Shown here piece by piece: positions 19,398 through 31,820 of a stretch of 64,000 bases of DNA. The notes under the pieces are model-generated. The model had not been told where the DNA came from, did no database searches, and saw only the letters and a list, made by a program, of their open reading frames with translations. Both the position numbers and the translations under genes were made by a program. Source of the DNA: an uncultured Gammaproteobacteria bacterium (GTDB taxonomy: Bacteria > Patescibacteriota > Microgenomatia > Levybacterales > UBA12049); contig CAZDOJ010000001.1 in NCBI GenBank assembly GCA_964507055.1, forward strand, positions 206,793 through 270,792, written 5' to 3'. Position 1 is the first letter of the stretch. Every line of letters begins with the position of its first letter.

Positions 19398-19934
19398 TTA
19401 GAAGCCCTCTTTGTTGAAGCGTTCGATGCATTCATTGATGATGCCCTTTGCTTCTTCAACGTCTCCCCAACCAAGTACTTTGGTTGTTCCTGGTTTTTTC
19501 AGATCTTTATAATGTGCAAAATGGAATTCGATTTGTTGCTGCCATCTTTTACCAAGGTCATCAAGTGTGTTGACACTATCACCTGTATGTCGATCATCAG
19601 CTGGAACGCAGACGATCTTGTAATCCATTTCTCCGTCATCTTCAAAATTGAAAATACCGATGACTTTGGACTTAACGAGGACGCCTGTTGGAATTGGTTC
19701 ATGACATACAAGAAGGACGTCCAATTCATCACCATCTTCATCTTTGGTTGCTGGGATAAATCCGTAATTGACTGGCTTTGCAAAGATCGCTGGTTCTGCT
19801 CGATCAAGCATAAAAATGCCATGTTCTCGATCGTATTCAATTTTTAATGAGGATCCTTGTGGGATATCAACAATTGCATTAACCCATCCTTCATTTGGGC
19901 TCCCTGGTGTAAGTATTTTATTAAAATCTGGCAT
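19398..19934 (-). CDS. ppa: inorganic pyrophosphatase (family I)
   Basis: DELDVLV, KIVCVPADD and HFFAHYKDL-type motifs. Track ORF extends to 20072 (TTG) but overlaps gyrB; the internal ATG (MPDFNKIL) is preferred. Confidence 0.85.
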   Translation of the reverse strand: MPDFNKILTPGSPNEGWVNAIVDIPQGSSLKIEYDREHGIFMLDRAEPAIFAKPVNYGFIPATKDEDGDELDVLLVCHEPIPTGVLVKSKVIGIFNFEDDGEMDYKIVCVPADDRHTGDSVNTLDDLGKRWQQQIEFHFAHYKDLKKPGTTKVLGWGDVEEAKGIINECIERFNKEGF

Positions 19935-19959
19935 AGTTTTCTTAAAAATTATTATAACA

Positions 19960-21963
<2,004 letters not shown>

Positions 21964-22139
21964 CTATTATACATAACCAATGAATAATAGCAACACCTTT
22001 ATTTTTACGATAGGATTTCTGAGTCATGAGAGCTTTTCTGAGGGCTTCTTTTTAGACATTTGACCGATTGATATACCCTTTTCTTTCTGGATGCTCTGAG
22101 GGTTTTGCAAAATAAGACTTTAGGTATATAATAGTCCAT

Positions 22140-22499
22140 ATGTATAAAGACATAATTATAAAAATTCTTGAAGCGACTGAATATAAAGGTGATCAAAACG
22201 AATTCGTTGATGACTTTATGCGTGTGATTAGTTCACAAGCTTTAGTTAATTTGGTCCAAACACTTTCTGAGGATCAGCAATTAGAAGCAGATAAGAAGAT
22301 TGCTGCTGCAGGCAGTCAGGAAAAATTTGCAAAAGCTGTTAGCGAATACTTTGATGACGAGCAAGTTGCAAAAGCAGTTGACGAAGCTTCTCAGAAAGCT
22401 ATCTCTGAATGGCTCCGTTCTGTAGCTCCAACACTCAATGATGATCAGCGAGGGAAACTACTAGTTTTGTCTGAAGAACTCCAAAAATTGGTAAAGTAA
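22140..22499 (+). CDS. hypothetical protein (119 aa, acidic, helical)
   Basis: Intact ORF with its own upstream AT-rich region; no recognisable motif. Confidence 0.4.
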   Translation: MYKDIIIKILEATEYKGDQNEFVDDFMRVISSQALVNLVQTLSEDQQLEADKKIAAAGSQEKFAKAVSEYFDDEQVAKAVDEASQKAISEWLRSVAPTLNDDQRGKLLVLSEELQKLVK

Positions 22500-22548
22500 T
22501 CAAATTAAATATTATATTATCTTCATTGTTCTTAATCAGTAGTAGCTG

Positions 22549-23160
22549 TCAGACTGCTTCATTAATCTCTTTTTTCATTGCTTCTACAAATTGCATCATG
22601 AATTCATATCGAGGTTGGCCTAGTTCTTTGGCCTTTGCTGTATACAACATATCGTACCATGTGGTTCCCAATATAATAGCTTCATGAGTTGTCTGAATAT
22701 TATAGTAGTCCACTTGGGTCGGAAATATTTCATCACCGATGTAGTCAGGCCTATTCCAATGTGAAATGAACGTACGCTCAATTCCTACTGCTCCGAGCCC
22801 ATCAAGTTTGTCAGCATCCTGTACTATATGATTGAGCTCCCCTTCTGTTGTTGGATCACTGTGGACATAAATCGATTGAACAATTCTTTCTTTCGCTTCA
22901 TCAGAAAGTCTTGGATAGTCTCTCAATAGCTCTTTGGCAATTGGTGCTCCCGCGTGTGCATGGGTTTCTCCCTTGAGATCTTTGATTGTTCTTCCTACAT
23001 CATGAAGTAGTCCTGCGACTTCTGCTTCGTGTATGTCATATCCTTCAGCTTGTGCAATTTGTCGTGCATATTTACTGACACGAAGTACGTGTTTGTAATC
23101 GTGTGCTGGTGCGTGATATTCGTCAAAAAGTGCTTGGACTTTTGTATAGAGGTCTTCCAT
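22549..23160 (-). CDS. HD-domain phosphohydrolase
   Basis: H...HD motif (YKHVLRV...AGLLHDVGRT) and downstream D (VQDADKLD). Confidence 0.75.
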   Translation of the reverse strand: MEDLYTKVQALFDEYHAPAHDYKHVLRVSKYARQIAQAEGYDIHEAEVAGLLHDVGRTIKDLKGETHAHAGAPIAKELLRDYPRLSDEAKERIVQSIYVHSDPTTEGELNHIVQDADKLDGLGAVGIERTFISHWNRPDYIGDEIFPTQVDYYNIQTTHEAIILGTTWYDMLYTAKAKELGQPRYEFMMQFVEAMKKEINEAV

Positions 23161-23179
23161 TGATACTTTTGATTATAGC

Positions 23180-24457
23180 ATGATACGCAAAGTAGAGGTA
23201 CAATATGGGCATATGCATAGGATAAAACGCTTTTTCAAAAAGCACTGGCGTTTGGTCGCTTTTGATTCTGTTGGCGGAATACTTATTATTTTTCTTATAG
23301 CATTTGCTATCTCCTACTCCCTCCAATCAACATCGTTAAAGTTACAATTAGGGGCTGCGAATACTGAAAAAACTACATTAGCAAAAAACCTTGATGACAC
23401 CAAACAATCTCTCAAAGATACCGAAGCAAAGTACGTCGCATTAAAAAATGAAGATCAATACAAGATCAATGAACAACTGAAAAAAGATATAGAACAGACA
23501 CACAATTCATATAAAACTTCTATCGAAGTCTACGAAAAGATTCAAGATTTAAAGGTTAAAAAGCAGAAAACGGATGCAATGGAACTTTCCTATGCTGCGG
23601 CAGTAAAACAGCTTTCTGATCTTAATTTTGCATCAGGTGATGCACAACTGGCACAAGTAAACACTGAAATTAAAAAGGTAAATGATGCACTTGCAGCAGC
23701 AGCGGCGGCAGAAGCTGCAAAAGCAGCGGGTTTGAAGAATCCTCCGACAACTGTCAATAATACGCCTCCAGGAAGTGGCTTTAGTTATCAATTGGTTAAG
23801 ACTGATATTGGGGACTTTGCCGTAAGTATTGTCTCTGCTGATTTGGGTTCCACAAGAGTGATTGTGGATACTGCAACCGATGGAGATTGTCGAGATAATT
23901 GTCCAGTCTTATCACTGGGTGATTATGTCGCAAGAAATGGTGCGTTTGCGGGGATTAATGGATCATACTTCTGTCCTGCATCGTACCCAAGTTGTGCAGG
24001 GAAAACGAATTCATTTGACACACTTGTCATGAATAAAAATAAGAAATATATTAATTCAGATAATAATGTGTACAGCAATGTCCCTGTTGCAGTTTTTGGT
24101 TCTGGCTATGCACGTTTCCTTGGTGCCTCATCCGGTTGGGGGCGAGATACTGGTGTGAATGGTGTAATTGCCAACCAACCACTGCTCCTTTCCGGTGGTA
24201 ATATCGCTTTTGGTGGAGGCTCTGATCCAAAGCAAGGAAGTAAAGGTTCACGAAGTTTTGTCGGGAGTCGTGGAAGTACTGTTTATATCGGTGTAGTATC
24301 TAACGCTACAGTTGCCGAAGTTGCTATTGTCCTTAAAGCAATGGGACTGGAGAACGCACTTAATTTGGATAGTGGAGGCTCAACTGCTCTGTGGTCTGGT
24401 GGATATAGAGTTGGCCCAGGAAGAAATATCCCGAACGCTATTCTGTTTGTACGATAG
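23180..24457 (+). CDS. membrane-anchored phosphodiester glycosidase family protein
   Basis: N-terminal TM, then a coiled-coil/Ala-rich linker. C-terminal domain carries the family-typical LNLDSGGSTAL motif. Confidence 0.55.
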   Translation: MIRKVEVQYGHMHRIKRFFKKHWRLVAFDSVGGILIIFLIAFAISYSLQSTSLKLQLGAANTEKTTLAKNLDDTKQSLKDTEAKYVALKNEDQYKINEQLKKDIEQTHNSYKTSIEVYEKIQDLKVKKQKTDAMELSYAAAVKQLSDLNFASGDAQLAQVNTEIKKVNDALAAAAAAEAAKAAGLKNPPTTVNNTPPGSGFSYQLVKTDIGDFAVSIVSADLGSTRVIVDTATDGDCRDNCPVLSLGDYVARNGAFAGINGSYFCPASYPSCAGKTNSFDTLVMNKNKKYINSDNNVYSNVPVAVFGSGYARFLGASSGWGRDTGVNGVIANQPLLLSGGNIAFGGGSDPKQGSKGSRSFVGSRGSTVYIGVVSNATVAEVAIVLKAMGLENALNLDSGGSTALWSGGYRVGPGRNIPNAILFVR

Positions 24458-24460
24458 CGT

Positions 24461-25429
24461 TTACTCGATGCAGAACCTTTGGTAATTTTCTTGAGGGGTT
24501 GATTTTGATTTATAGGCGAAAGTTTTATATTCGGTATCGGCACCTGGGCCTATATGTATAAGCTTGGTTATTCCAACATTGAACGTAACTTGCGATGGCA
24601 TCTCATATTTTCCTGAGTAACATCCAGAAGCTGCAAAATACTTAATTCTGTGAGCACCTTTTGTAAGCAAGTGCCTCATCAGTGGACCTTCTCCATCGAT
24701 CTGGACGCCACCAAATGTGCCATCAGAGTTATAATCACTTACAACTTCGTATTCTCCATCTTCAGGGACATTTACTGTAGCGTCAATTATAAACGAATTC
24801 TTATTTGCGGATTCAGTGATGTCTGTAATTGTAATTGCTTCTAACTTCTCTCTTCTATTGTTGTCGGTATTGATCATAGAAAAATATTGATACGTTAAAA
24901 TTGAGACTAGGCCTAAAGAAATGCAGCCTAAAATAAGTGGAATCTTAAATTCTTCTGTTATAACTCTTTTGGTACTTTTTGCGTAGATGAAATGTGCAAA
25001 TTTGAAGCATATATATATAAACGAAAAAAAGATTGCGATAGATACTATCCAGGGGTCCAAGATAAATAGTAGTTGTACAGGTACGTTTGGTATTGAACTA
25101 AGAGTAGTCCATGCAAACGATCCAAAATTAAAACCAAGATATACTCCAAGGATAATTCCAGGAAGCTCTACCCATAGTGGGTAGCCTGAACGCTTATCAA
25201 TACGATATGAAATATAAAAAGATAAAGGAATTATAGTTAGACATAATATAGCAAAGGTTGCTCCAATTATTGTCAATGCTAAAAATCCGCCCAAGCCTTG
25301 GTACATCTCGAGAGGAATCTTCTGTATAACAAGAACAGTACCTACACAGATAAGAATGAATCCAACTAGGAGACTGTAAAGTAGCGTAGAGCGTTTACGA
25401 GTTACTGGTGGCTGTGCTTCATTTTCCAT
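24461..25429 (-). CDS. hypothetical polytopic membrane protein with C-terminal soluble domain
   Basis: About 6-7 predicted TM helices in the N-terminal 200 aa, followed by a ~120-aa Cys-containing beta-rich tail. Confidence 0.45.
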   Translation of the reverse strand: MENEAQPPVTRKRSTLLYSLLVGFILICVGTVLVIQKIPLEMYQGLGGFLALTIIGATFAILCLTIIPLSFYISYRIDKRSGYPLWVELPGIILGVYLGFNFGSFAWTTLSSIPNVPVQLLFILDPWIVSIAIFFSFIYICFKFAHFIYAKSTKRVITEEFKIPLILGCISLGLVSILTYQYFSMINTDNNRREKLEAITITDITESANKNSFIIDATVNVPEDGEYEVVSDYNSDGTFGGVQIDGEGPLMRHLLTKGAHRIKYFAASGCYSGKYEMPSQVTFNVGITKLIHIGPGADTEYKTFAYKSKSTPQENYQRFCIE

Positions 25430-25477
25430 TTATTAAGATTAGTATCTCAATCGATAAGACTTATTGTCAATAAATGT

Positions 25478-26692
25478 TTATTTAAAGAACTTTTTTCCTT
25501 TGAGTTTTTCAGGCAAATGAGACAATCCTTCCTTAATTCCAACTTTTCCCTCTTCCCAAGTGTAACCTTTGGCATAATCGAGATTCTTCATCAGTTTTGT
25601 TGGTGCATTTCTCAGATGCAAAGGAATTGGTTCGTTGGGAAATTCGTAGACAGCTTGTTTGGCTCGACTCAATGCATCGACAACTGCTCTTGATTTCTTT
25701 GCACTTGCTAAGTAAATGACAACGTGGGCTAAAGTTAGTTGTGCTTCTGGCATTCCAATTTTATTAACTGCTTCAAATGCTTGGTTTGCTTGAATCAGTG
25801 CTCCGCGATCTGCCATACCGATATCTTCTGATGCAAAGATTATCATTCTTCGTGCGATGAATTTGGGATCTTCTCCATTCTCTAGCATTCGGGCCAAATA
25901 ATAGAGTGCTGCATCGACATCAGATCCTCGCATCGATTTGATGAAGGCTGAGATGATGTTGTAATGCTCATCAGCTTTTTTATCGTAGATTCCTGCAGAT
26001 TTCGTTTGAAATACTTCTTTAACGATTTCCGCTGTGAGCTTTTTCTCTGCATGTGTTGTAACAGCAAGTTCCAAGGCATTGAGCATAATTCTTGCATCAC
26101 CGCCTGAAAGTCTTATTAAGAGTTCTTTTGCTTCTTTATTTATACTTTTTTTAAATCCCCCTACTCCCCTTTCTTTATCTTTGAGTGCTCTATCAATTAA
26201 TGATCCGAGTTGTTCTGGTTCTAAGCTTTTGAGCACAAAAACTCTTGATCGTGAAAGAAGTGCAGAGATAACTTCGAATGACGGATTTTCTGTTGTTGCA
26301 CCGATGAGTGTAAGCAGACCTGATTCTACTTGTGGAAGAAGAGCGTCTTGTTGTGCTTTATTCCATCGATGGATTTCATCAATAAAAAGTATCGTACCTT
26401 TTTTATCGAGTCGATTATAATTTTTCCTTGCTTCATCAATGACTTTCATAAGATCTGCCTTACCGCTTGTGACACCTGATAATTGGAAAAATTCCGAATC
26501 CGAGGCTTTGGCTATGAGATGTGCAAGAGTGGTTTTCCCTGATCCTGGAGGTCCCCAAAAGATCATTGATGAAAGATGTCCTGTCTCAATCATCTTCCGT
26601 AGGATTTTATCAGCACCAACGAGCTGCTCTTGTCCGACGTATTCTGCAAGTGATTGTGGACGCATCCGTGATGCCAGATTTGAGGGATTCAT
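25478..26692 (-). CDS. rarA: replication-associated recombination protein A (AAA+ ATPase, MgsA/RarA)
   Basis: Walker [10 protein letters not shown], Walker [10 protein letters not shown], sensor residues, C-terminal MgsA helical domain. Confidence 0.9.
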   Translation of the reverse strand: MNPSNLASRMRPQSLAEYVGQEQLVGADKILRKMIETGHLSSMIFWGPPGSGKTTLAHLIAKASDSEFFQLSGVTSGKADLMKVIDEARKNYNRLDKKGTILFIDEIHRWNKAQQDALLPQVESGLLTLIGATTENPSFEVISALLSRSRVFVLKSLEPEQLGSLIDRALKDKERGVGGFKKSINKEAKELLIRLSGGDARIMLNALELAVTTHAEKKLTAEIVKEVFQTKSAGIYDKKADEHYNIISAFIKSMRGSDVDAALYYLARMLENGEDPKFIARRMIIFASEDIGMADRGALIQANQAFEAVNKIGMPEAQLTLAHVVIYLASAKKSRAVVDALSRAKQAVYEFPNEPIPLHLRNAPTKLMKNLDYAKGYTWEEGKVGIKEGLSHLPEKLKGKKFFK

Positions 26693-26722
26693 GGGGTCAT
26701 TGTAGCATAGACGGGAGAAGGA

Positions 26723-28021
26723 TTATTCTTTATTTTGAGGTTGATTTGGTATATATGTTTTTACAAGCTCTGAGGCATCTGCAATAACTTCTTTTCGATC
26801 TTCGATGATTTTTGCAAGAAATACAATCGCTCCCAATGCCACAGCAAAAAAGAATGGTGTGTATTGTAATGCAAAGTCCACTGAGAAGATTTTTACATAA
26901 GCTGCGAAGATGAGAATACTTGTAACTCGTCCAATGTTTAGTACCATTTCAAGATCAAAAACATACATATACTTATTGTCCTGGTTTACATTCTCGCGAT
27001 CTACGAGATCCAGGATGACAGAGTTTGTCTCTGCAAAAAGTAGCTGCTGAGCAAGTGTCAAAAAGGCAATGAAGATGAAAATTCCGGTTGGATTAAAGTA
27101 AAAAGCCAATGAAGCAGCGGCAAGTACGAATAAAGCTATACTCAGAGCAATTACATGGAGACGATACTTTGTATTTAATGATCGTGCCACAGAATACATG
27201 ATAACCCCTGAAATGATCGCCGATACTGACTGCACAATTCCTAAGGCATCTTCCTTACCCACGTAAATCAATACGATGATAATGGGAAGAAACATCGACA
27301 TACCTGTTAACAACCCGAGCAATGCAGTAATGCCACGGGCACAATTCCATTGATGAGTGCCATTCTGTAAGACAATATTTGATATGACTGGTGTTTTGAT
27401 ATGAATCTTTTTAATAAGTGATCCTATGTAGAATGAGATGAGTATCATTCCCACTGCCACGAGATTGTATCCTTGCTGTGCTGAATACAGATTATGATTC
27501 ATTCCAAAGACAAGCAATGCCCCAATAGTCAAAGGAATAATAATATTACTTATTGTTTGGGTAATAAAATCAATGCTTGAGAAATACATTCTATTTGATG
27601 AATTCGTCAGTTCTATAGTCAAAAGATTTTTATTGGAAAAAAATACTCCCGAACTCAATCCAAACCCAAGCCCAAAAAGTACGACCGAAAGTTGATCAAC
27701 AATCGGAAAAAAGATGAGAAGTCCTGCAAATCCAGCTCTCAGTACCGTTCCGAGAAAGTATAGTCGTTTGACTGACAAGTGTTTGAGCAGTTGTCCATTG
27801 AAATAAAAACCAATTGGAAGTGAACTGAAATACGCTAAATTAAATAATGCGACGATCATCACATCTTGTGTTTCTCGCCAGAGAAATGCATTGATAAAGA
27901 TTGCAGCAATAGGATGAATGATATTGTAGAGGAAAACAGATAAAGCAAATTTTTGTCCCTGATTACTTAATCGTTGAAACTGTTTATGTTCATTCTTGAA
28001 GAGTAATTTTAAAGGTCCCAC
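26723..28021 (-). CDS. MFS-type transporter (paralog A)
   Basis: 12 predicted TM segments; clearly paralogous to the neighbouring gene (N-terminal ...LYN.I.P...IF.NAFLWR.TQD...). The MFS assignment is tentative; no D-R-x-G-R-[KR]-type loop motif was checked. Confidence 0.55.
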   Translation of the reverse strand: MGPLKLLFKNEHKQFQRLSNQGQKFALSVFLYNIIHPIAAIFINAFLWRETQDVMIVALFNLAYFSSLPIGFYFNGQLLKHLSVKRLYFLGTVLRAGFAGLLIFFPIVDQLSVVLFGLGFGLSSGVFFSNKNLLTIELTNSSNRMYFSSIDFITQTISNIIIPLTIGALLVFGMNHNLYSAQQGYNLVAVGMILISFYIGSLIKKIHIKTPVISNIVLQNGTHQWNCARGITALLGLLTGMSMFLPIIIVLIYVGKEDALGIVQSVSAIISGVIMYSVARSLNTKYRLHVIALSIALFVLAAASLAFYFNPTGIFIFIAFLTLAQQLLFAETNSVILDLVDRENVNQDNKYMYVFDLEMVLNIGRVTSILIFAAYVKIFSVDFALQYTPFFFAVALGAIVFLAKIIEDRKEVIADASELVKTYIPNQPQNKE

Positions 28022-28052
28022 TCATCCATGCTAATTGGTTTCAAGGTTGAAA

Positions 28053-29285
28053 TCAAGCCTGAGGTCTTTCAATCGATTTTGCCAAAAGGACGAGGAGTAA
28101 AGGTGCGAGAGCGAAAATAATTGGAGTATATCTGAGTGCGAATGCATCACCTACGATAAGGACCAATACCATAAATGTAAAGATTGCAGTATTTCTTCCA
28201 ATATTAAAAAAGACTTCAATATCACATAAATGTGCATAGTGCACGCTCGTATCTTTATTCTTATCAATAAGATCCATGCTTAATGATTGCATAGCAATCC
28301 ATAAAAGTGGGTTGATGAGGATTTGTGTCACATAAAATACCATTACCCCAATGCTCGAAAAGAAAATACTAAAAAAGCTTGCACCTAATAATCCGATAAT
28401 AAAAGTTGCTTTAAGAAGGAGTAATCGTTTTCCAATATCAAATGATTTACCCACATAATACACAGCAGCGGTTGTAATTATTGCTGCAACTGTTTGCACA
28501 GTTCCAAGTGTTTCTTCTTTACCAAGATATGATAGTACAAGTAAGGTAGGAATAAGTATCGTGATACCATTGAGGAATCCTCTGATAATCTGAATTAAGC
28601 GGTATTTATTCCAAGTTGGACTGCTTGTCTTTAAGGTCAACTTCGCTGGTGCGGTGATCTCTACAGTAAGAGTTCGTAATAGTAATCCTACTGCTCCTGC
28701 AACCAACAACATCACAATACCAATCAATTGGTATGCTTGGATTTCTGAATAAAGATTGATCTTACTTCCTAAGACGATATACCAACCCACAATGATTGGG
28801 ATAATGATTTCAAAGATATTTTTGGTCACAAGTTCCATACCTGTGAAATAGATTCGATTATTCGACTCTGTAGTTTTTAAGGTGAGAAGGTTTCTATTGG
28901 ACCAGAAAAGACCTGAACTGATTCCGTATATTAATCCAAAAATTGCTAAGGATTCGTAGTTTAATCGAGGGAGAAATGTAAGTGAAACTACAACTATACA
29001 GCTGATAGATAATCCAAGTACGAAAAGAACTTTCGATTGCAACTTTCGTAACAATAATCCATTTATATAAAATCCCAAGGGAATTCCGAAGAAAAGTGCC
29101 AGATTGAAAAAAGCTACAAGTGCAAGGTCTTGTGTCTGTCTCCAAAGAAATGCATTGACGAATATACCAAAAATTGGATTGATGACATTGTATAAATGAA
29201 TAGCAAGCAACAACTGTTTACTCTGTGGATTAAGTCTTTTGAGATGCTCTGTTTCTTTCTGAATTATACTGCGGATCCAATGCAT
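28053..29285 (-). CDS. MFS-type transporter (paralog B)
   Basis: Same architecture as paralog A; tandem duplication. Confidence 0.55.
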   Translation of the reverse strand: MHWIRSIIQKETEHLKRLNPQSKQLLLAIHLYNVINPIFGIFVNAFLWRQTQDLALVAFFNLALFFGIPLGFYINGLLLRKLQSKVLFVLGLSISCIVVVSLTFLPRLNYESLAIFGLIYGISSGLFWSNRNLLTLKTTESNNRIYFTGMELVTKNIFEIIIPIIVGWYIVLGSKINLYSEIQAYQLIGIVMLLVAGAVGLLLRTLTVEITAPAKLTLKTSSPTWNKYRLIQIIRGFLNGITILIPTLLVLSYLGKEETLGTVQTVAAIITTAAVYYVGKSFDIGKRLLLLKATFIIGLLGASFFSIFFSSIGVMVFYVTQILINPLLWIAMQSLSMDLIDKNKDTSVHYAHLCDIEVFFNIGRNTAIFTFMVLVLIVGDAFALRYTPIIFALAPLLLVLLAKSIERPQA

Positions 29286-29297
29286 CTATTTATTTTA

Positions 29298-29993
29298 TCA
29301 GAAGCTGAGCTGCAGGAGTGTATCCTCTATCGCAAAGCGTGGATTCGCGTTGGTTGTCTTTAACGCCGTATGAAGCTTTTGAAAAGACTTGAGTGTATAA
29401 ATCTTCCAAGTCATTTGATCTTCATTTGATTGCACACTCTCGATGGTTTGCTCTCGCAAAACAATCATAAGTTTTTCGATCCATGCCAAAGCTTTGTCTT
29501 TATCTTTTGCGAGAAGTTCTGCTTTTTTCAATCTGTCTCCTACTGAAAGATCAGGAAGGTTTGCTATAAATTCTAGGAGATCGGATTTTTGTTTCTCTGT
29601 AAGTTTCTGAGCTGATGTTTCGAGTTCTATTATTTGGCATCGGGAAAGGATTGTCGGTAGCAGTGCTTCTTTGGTATCTGCTCCCAAGATAAGAATCGTA
29701 TTGGACGGTGGTTCTTCAAGCACTTTGAGTAATGCATTTTGTGCTTCGGTTGTCAGTAGGTGTGCGTCTTCTATAATGACAGCTTTAAAGTCGCTCTTCA
29801 TTGGTTTGAAAAAGATCTTCTTTTGCATATTTTTGACTTCTTCAATACCGATGCTTTGCGTTGTAGTTTTTGCAGAAGTGTCCTTTTCAATAAGAGTTAT
29901 ATCAAAGCGATCAATGTTCTGTTTGGCACAAAGTTGTTTTGCGTGTTCGATGCGTTTGTCTTTATCTTTTGCTGCAATAAGGAAGCTAACCAT
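29298..29993 (-). CDS. holB: DNA polymerase III delta-prime-like clamp-loader subunit (short form)
   Basis: AAA+-like core with EEPP box (ALLKVLEEPP) and SRC motif (LSRCQ); 231 aa. Confidence 0.65.
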   Translation of the reverse strand: MVSFLIAAKDKDKRIEHAKQLCAKQNIDRFDITLIEKDTSAKTTTQSIGIEEVKNMQKKIFFKPMKSDFKAVIIEDAHLLTTEAQNALLKVLEEPPSNTILILGADTKEALLPTILSRCQIIELETSAQKLTEKQKSDLLEFIANLPDLSVGDRLKKAELLAKDKDKALAWIEKLMIVLREQTIESVQSNEDQMTWKIYTLKSFQKLHTALKTTNANPRFAIEDTLLQLSF

Positions 29994-30061
29994 AGCGGTA
30001 TTGCTTATTATACTCCATTCTTTTCTTGACTTGCCTGAGCTTATTTCATACTATTAGACTA

Positions 30062-31801
30062 ATGCCTGATTTACCCAATAATCCGCCTGCTATAGATAAT
30101 TCCGGTGAAGGTGGAAGTCTCATTGATGTACTCCGTGCTGATGGATCAATAACTGATGATCAATATGAATCAATAAAAGTTAAATCCGTTACTGATGGTC
30201 AATCTGATGTCGATATCCTCCGTTCGATGAATATCGTCTCTGATGCAAAAATTGCCGAGACACAAGCACAAGTTTTGGGAATTCCATATATCTCTCTTTC
30301 CACAGTTTCATTTTCTCCACAAGCATTGAGTTTGCTTCCTCGAGCTGTTGTTGAACGCTTTTCTTTGATTCCCTTTATGTATGAAGAAAAGGAAAAAACT
30401 CTTTCTATCGCAATGGCCAATCCAATTGATCTTGATGCCTTGGCATTCGTCCGTCAAAAGACAGGACTTACTATTAAATCATTTGCTGCAGATCCCCAAG
30501 AAGTAGCAGATGCTATCGATCAGCAATATTCGCAAGAGCTTGTCGGTGAAGTGGGTGAAGCGATCAAAGAGACTGAAGAATTTACCCAGCAACGCACAGT
30601 CGACAGCAAACAAATTGCACAGATTATTCAGGAAGCTCCAATTGCTAAGATCGTTTCAACCATTTTGGAATATGCAGTAAATAGTCGTTCTTCTGATGTT
30701 CACATTGAACCGCTCGAAGATAAAGTTCGCGTACGCTATAGAATAGATGGTATTTTGTATGATAAGTTAAGTTTGCCAAGAAATGTACATGATGCGTTGA
30801 CTTCACGTATCAAGATCCTTTCCGCTCTCAAAATTGACGAACATAGAGTCCCGCAGGATGGACGATTTAATTTCAAAATTGATTCTCAAGAAGTTGATAT
30901 CCGTGTTTCTATCCTCCCAACCGTTCGTGGAGAAAAAATTGCTATGCGTTTGCTCCATAAAAGCGGAGGCATCCCTACCCTACAGGATTTGGGACTCAAT
31001 GGGATCGCATTAAAAGTGCTTGAAACAGCGGTCCTGAGGCCTCATGGGATTATCCTGGTTTGTGGTCCGACCGGTTCTGGAAAGACGACGACTTTATATG
31101 CTGTACTTTCCCGATTGAATACGACAAGAGTAAATATCGCGTCTCTCGAAGACCCTGTCGAATATGAAATTCCAGGTGTGAATCAAGTTCAGATTAATCC
31201 GGCTGTTGGTTTGACATTTGCATCAGGTCTTCGTTCTTTCCTCCGACAAGATCCAAATATCATTCTCGTGGGAGAAATTCGTGATAAAGAAACAACAGAT
31301 TTAGCTATCCAGGCTGCATTAACAGGCCATTTGGTTTTCTCTACGCTGCATACATCAAAAGCATCTGGTGCTCTTCCACGTTTGGTCGACTTGGGTGCTG
31401 AGAGTTTTCTTCTCGCTTCCACTGTGAATGCAATTGTCGGCCAACGTATCGTCCGAAGAATTTGTCCACACTGTAAAGAATCATTCGATCCACCAGCACA
31501 ACTCGTTGAAGAGATGAAAGCAGCATTAGGAAATCTTTTTCCCGCAGGTCAGGTCAAACTTTACAAAGGTAAAGGCTGCAGTGAATGTGGTGATCTTGGA
31601 TACATCGGACGTATCGGTATCTATGAAGTGATGGCAGCTTCTGAGTCGATCTCTCGTTTGATGCTTGAGCGGACGGATGAAGCAACAATTGAAAAGCAAG
31701 CAGTCAGCGAAGGAATGATTACAATGAAACAAGATGGCTATCTCAAAGCATTACAAGGTGAAACGACGATCGAAGAAGTCTTGCGTGTCGCTCAAGAATA
31801 A
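30062..31801 (+). CDS. pilB: type IV pilus assembly ATPase PilB (GspE family)
   Basis: Walker A GPTGSGKTTT, Asp/His boxes, C-terminal tetra-Cys Zn motif CPHCKES...CSECGDLGY, N-terminal GspE_N-like domain. The ATG at 30062 is preferred over the TTG at 30026. Confidence 0.9.
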   Translation: MPDLPNNPPAIDNSGEGGSLIDVLRADGSITDDQYESIKVKSVTDGQSDVDILRSMNIVSDAKIAETQAQVLGIPYISLSTVSFSPQALSLLPRAVVERFSLIPFMYEEKEKTLSIAMANPIDLDALAFVRQKTGLTIKSFAADPQEVADAIDQQYSQELVGEVGEAIKETEEFTQQRTVDSKQIAQIIQEAPIAKIVSTILEYAVNSRSSDVHIEPLEDKVRVRYRIDGILYDKLSLPRNVHDALTSRIKILSALKIDEHRVPQDGRFNFKIDSQEVDIRVSILPTVRGEKIAMRLLHKSGGIPTLQDLGLNGIALKVLETAVLRPHGIILVCGPTGSGKTTTLYAVLSRLNTTRVNIASLEDPVEYEIPGVNQVQINPAVGLTFASGLRSFLRQDPNIILVGEIRDKETTDLAIQAALTGHLVFSTLHTSKASGALPRLVDLGAESFLLASTVNAIVGQRIVRRICPHCKESFDPPAQLVEEMKAALGNLFPAGQVKLYKGKGCSECGDLGYIGRIGIYEVMAASESISRLMLERTDEATIEKQAVSEGMITMKQDGYLKALQGETTIEEVLRVAQE

Positions 31802-31820
31802 ACTACTATTTAACTAGACC

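Noticed and set aside
30026-30061. TTG-initiated N-terminal extension of pilB, with similar TTG/GTG extensions for the GH1, pilin, pilM and ppa ORFs
   Set aside because: The ORF track counts TTG/GTG as Met. In each case an in-frame ATG with a more typical N-terminus follows within 10-30 codons, so I moved the starts accordingly.
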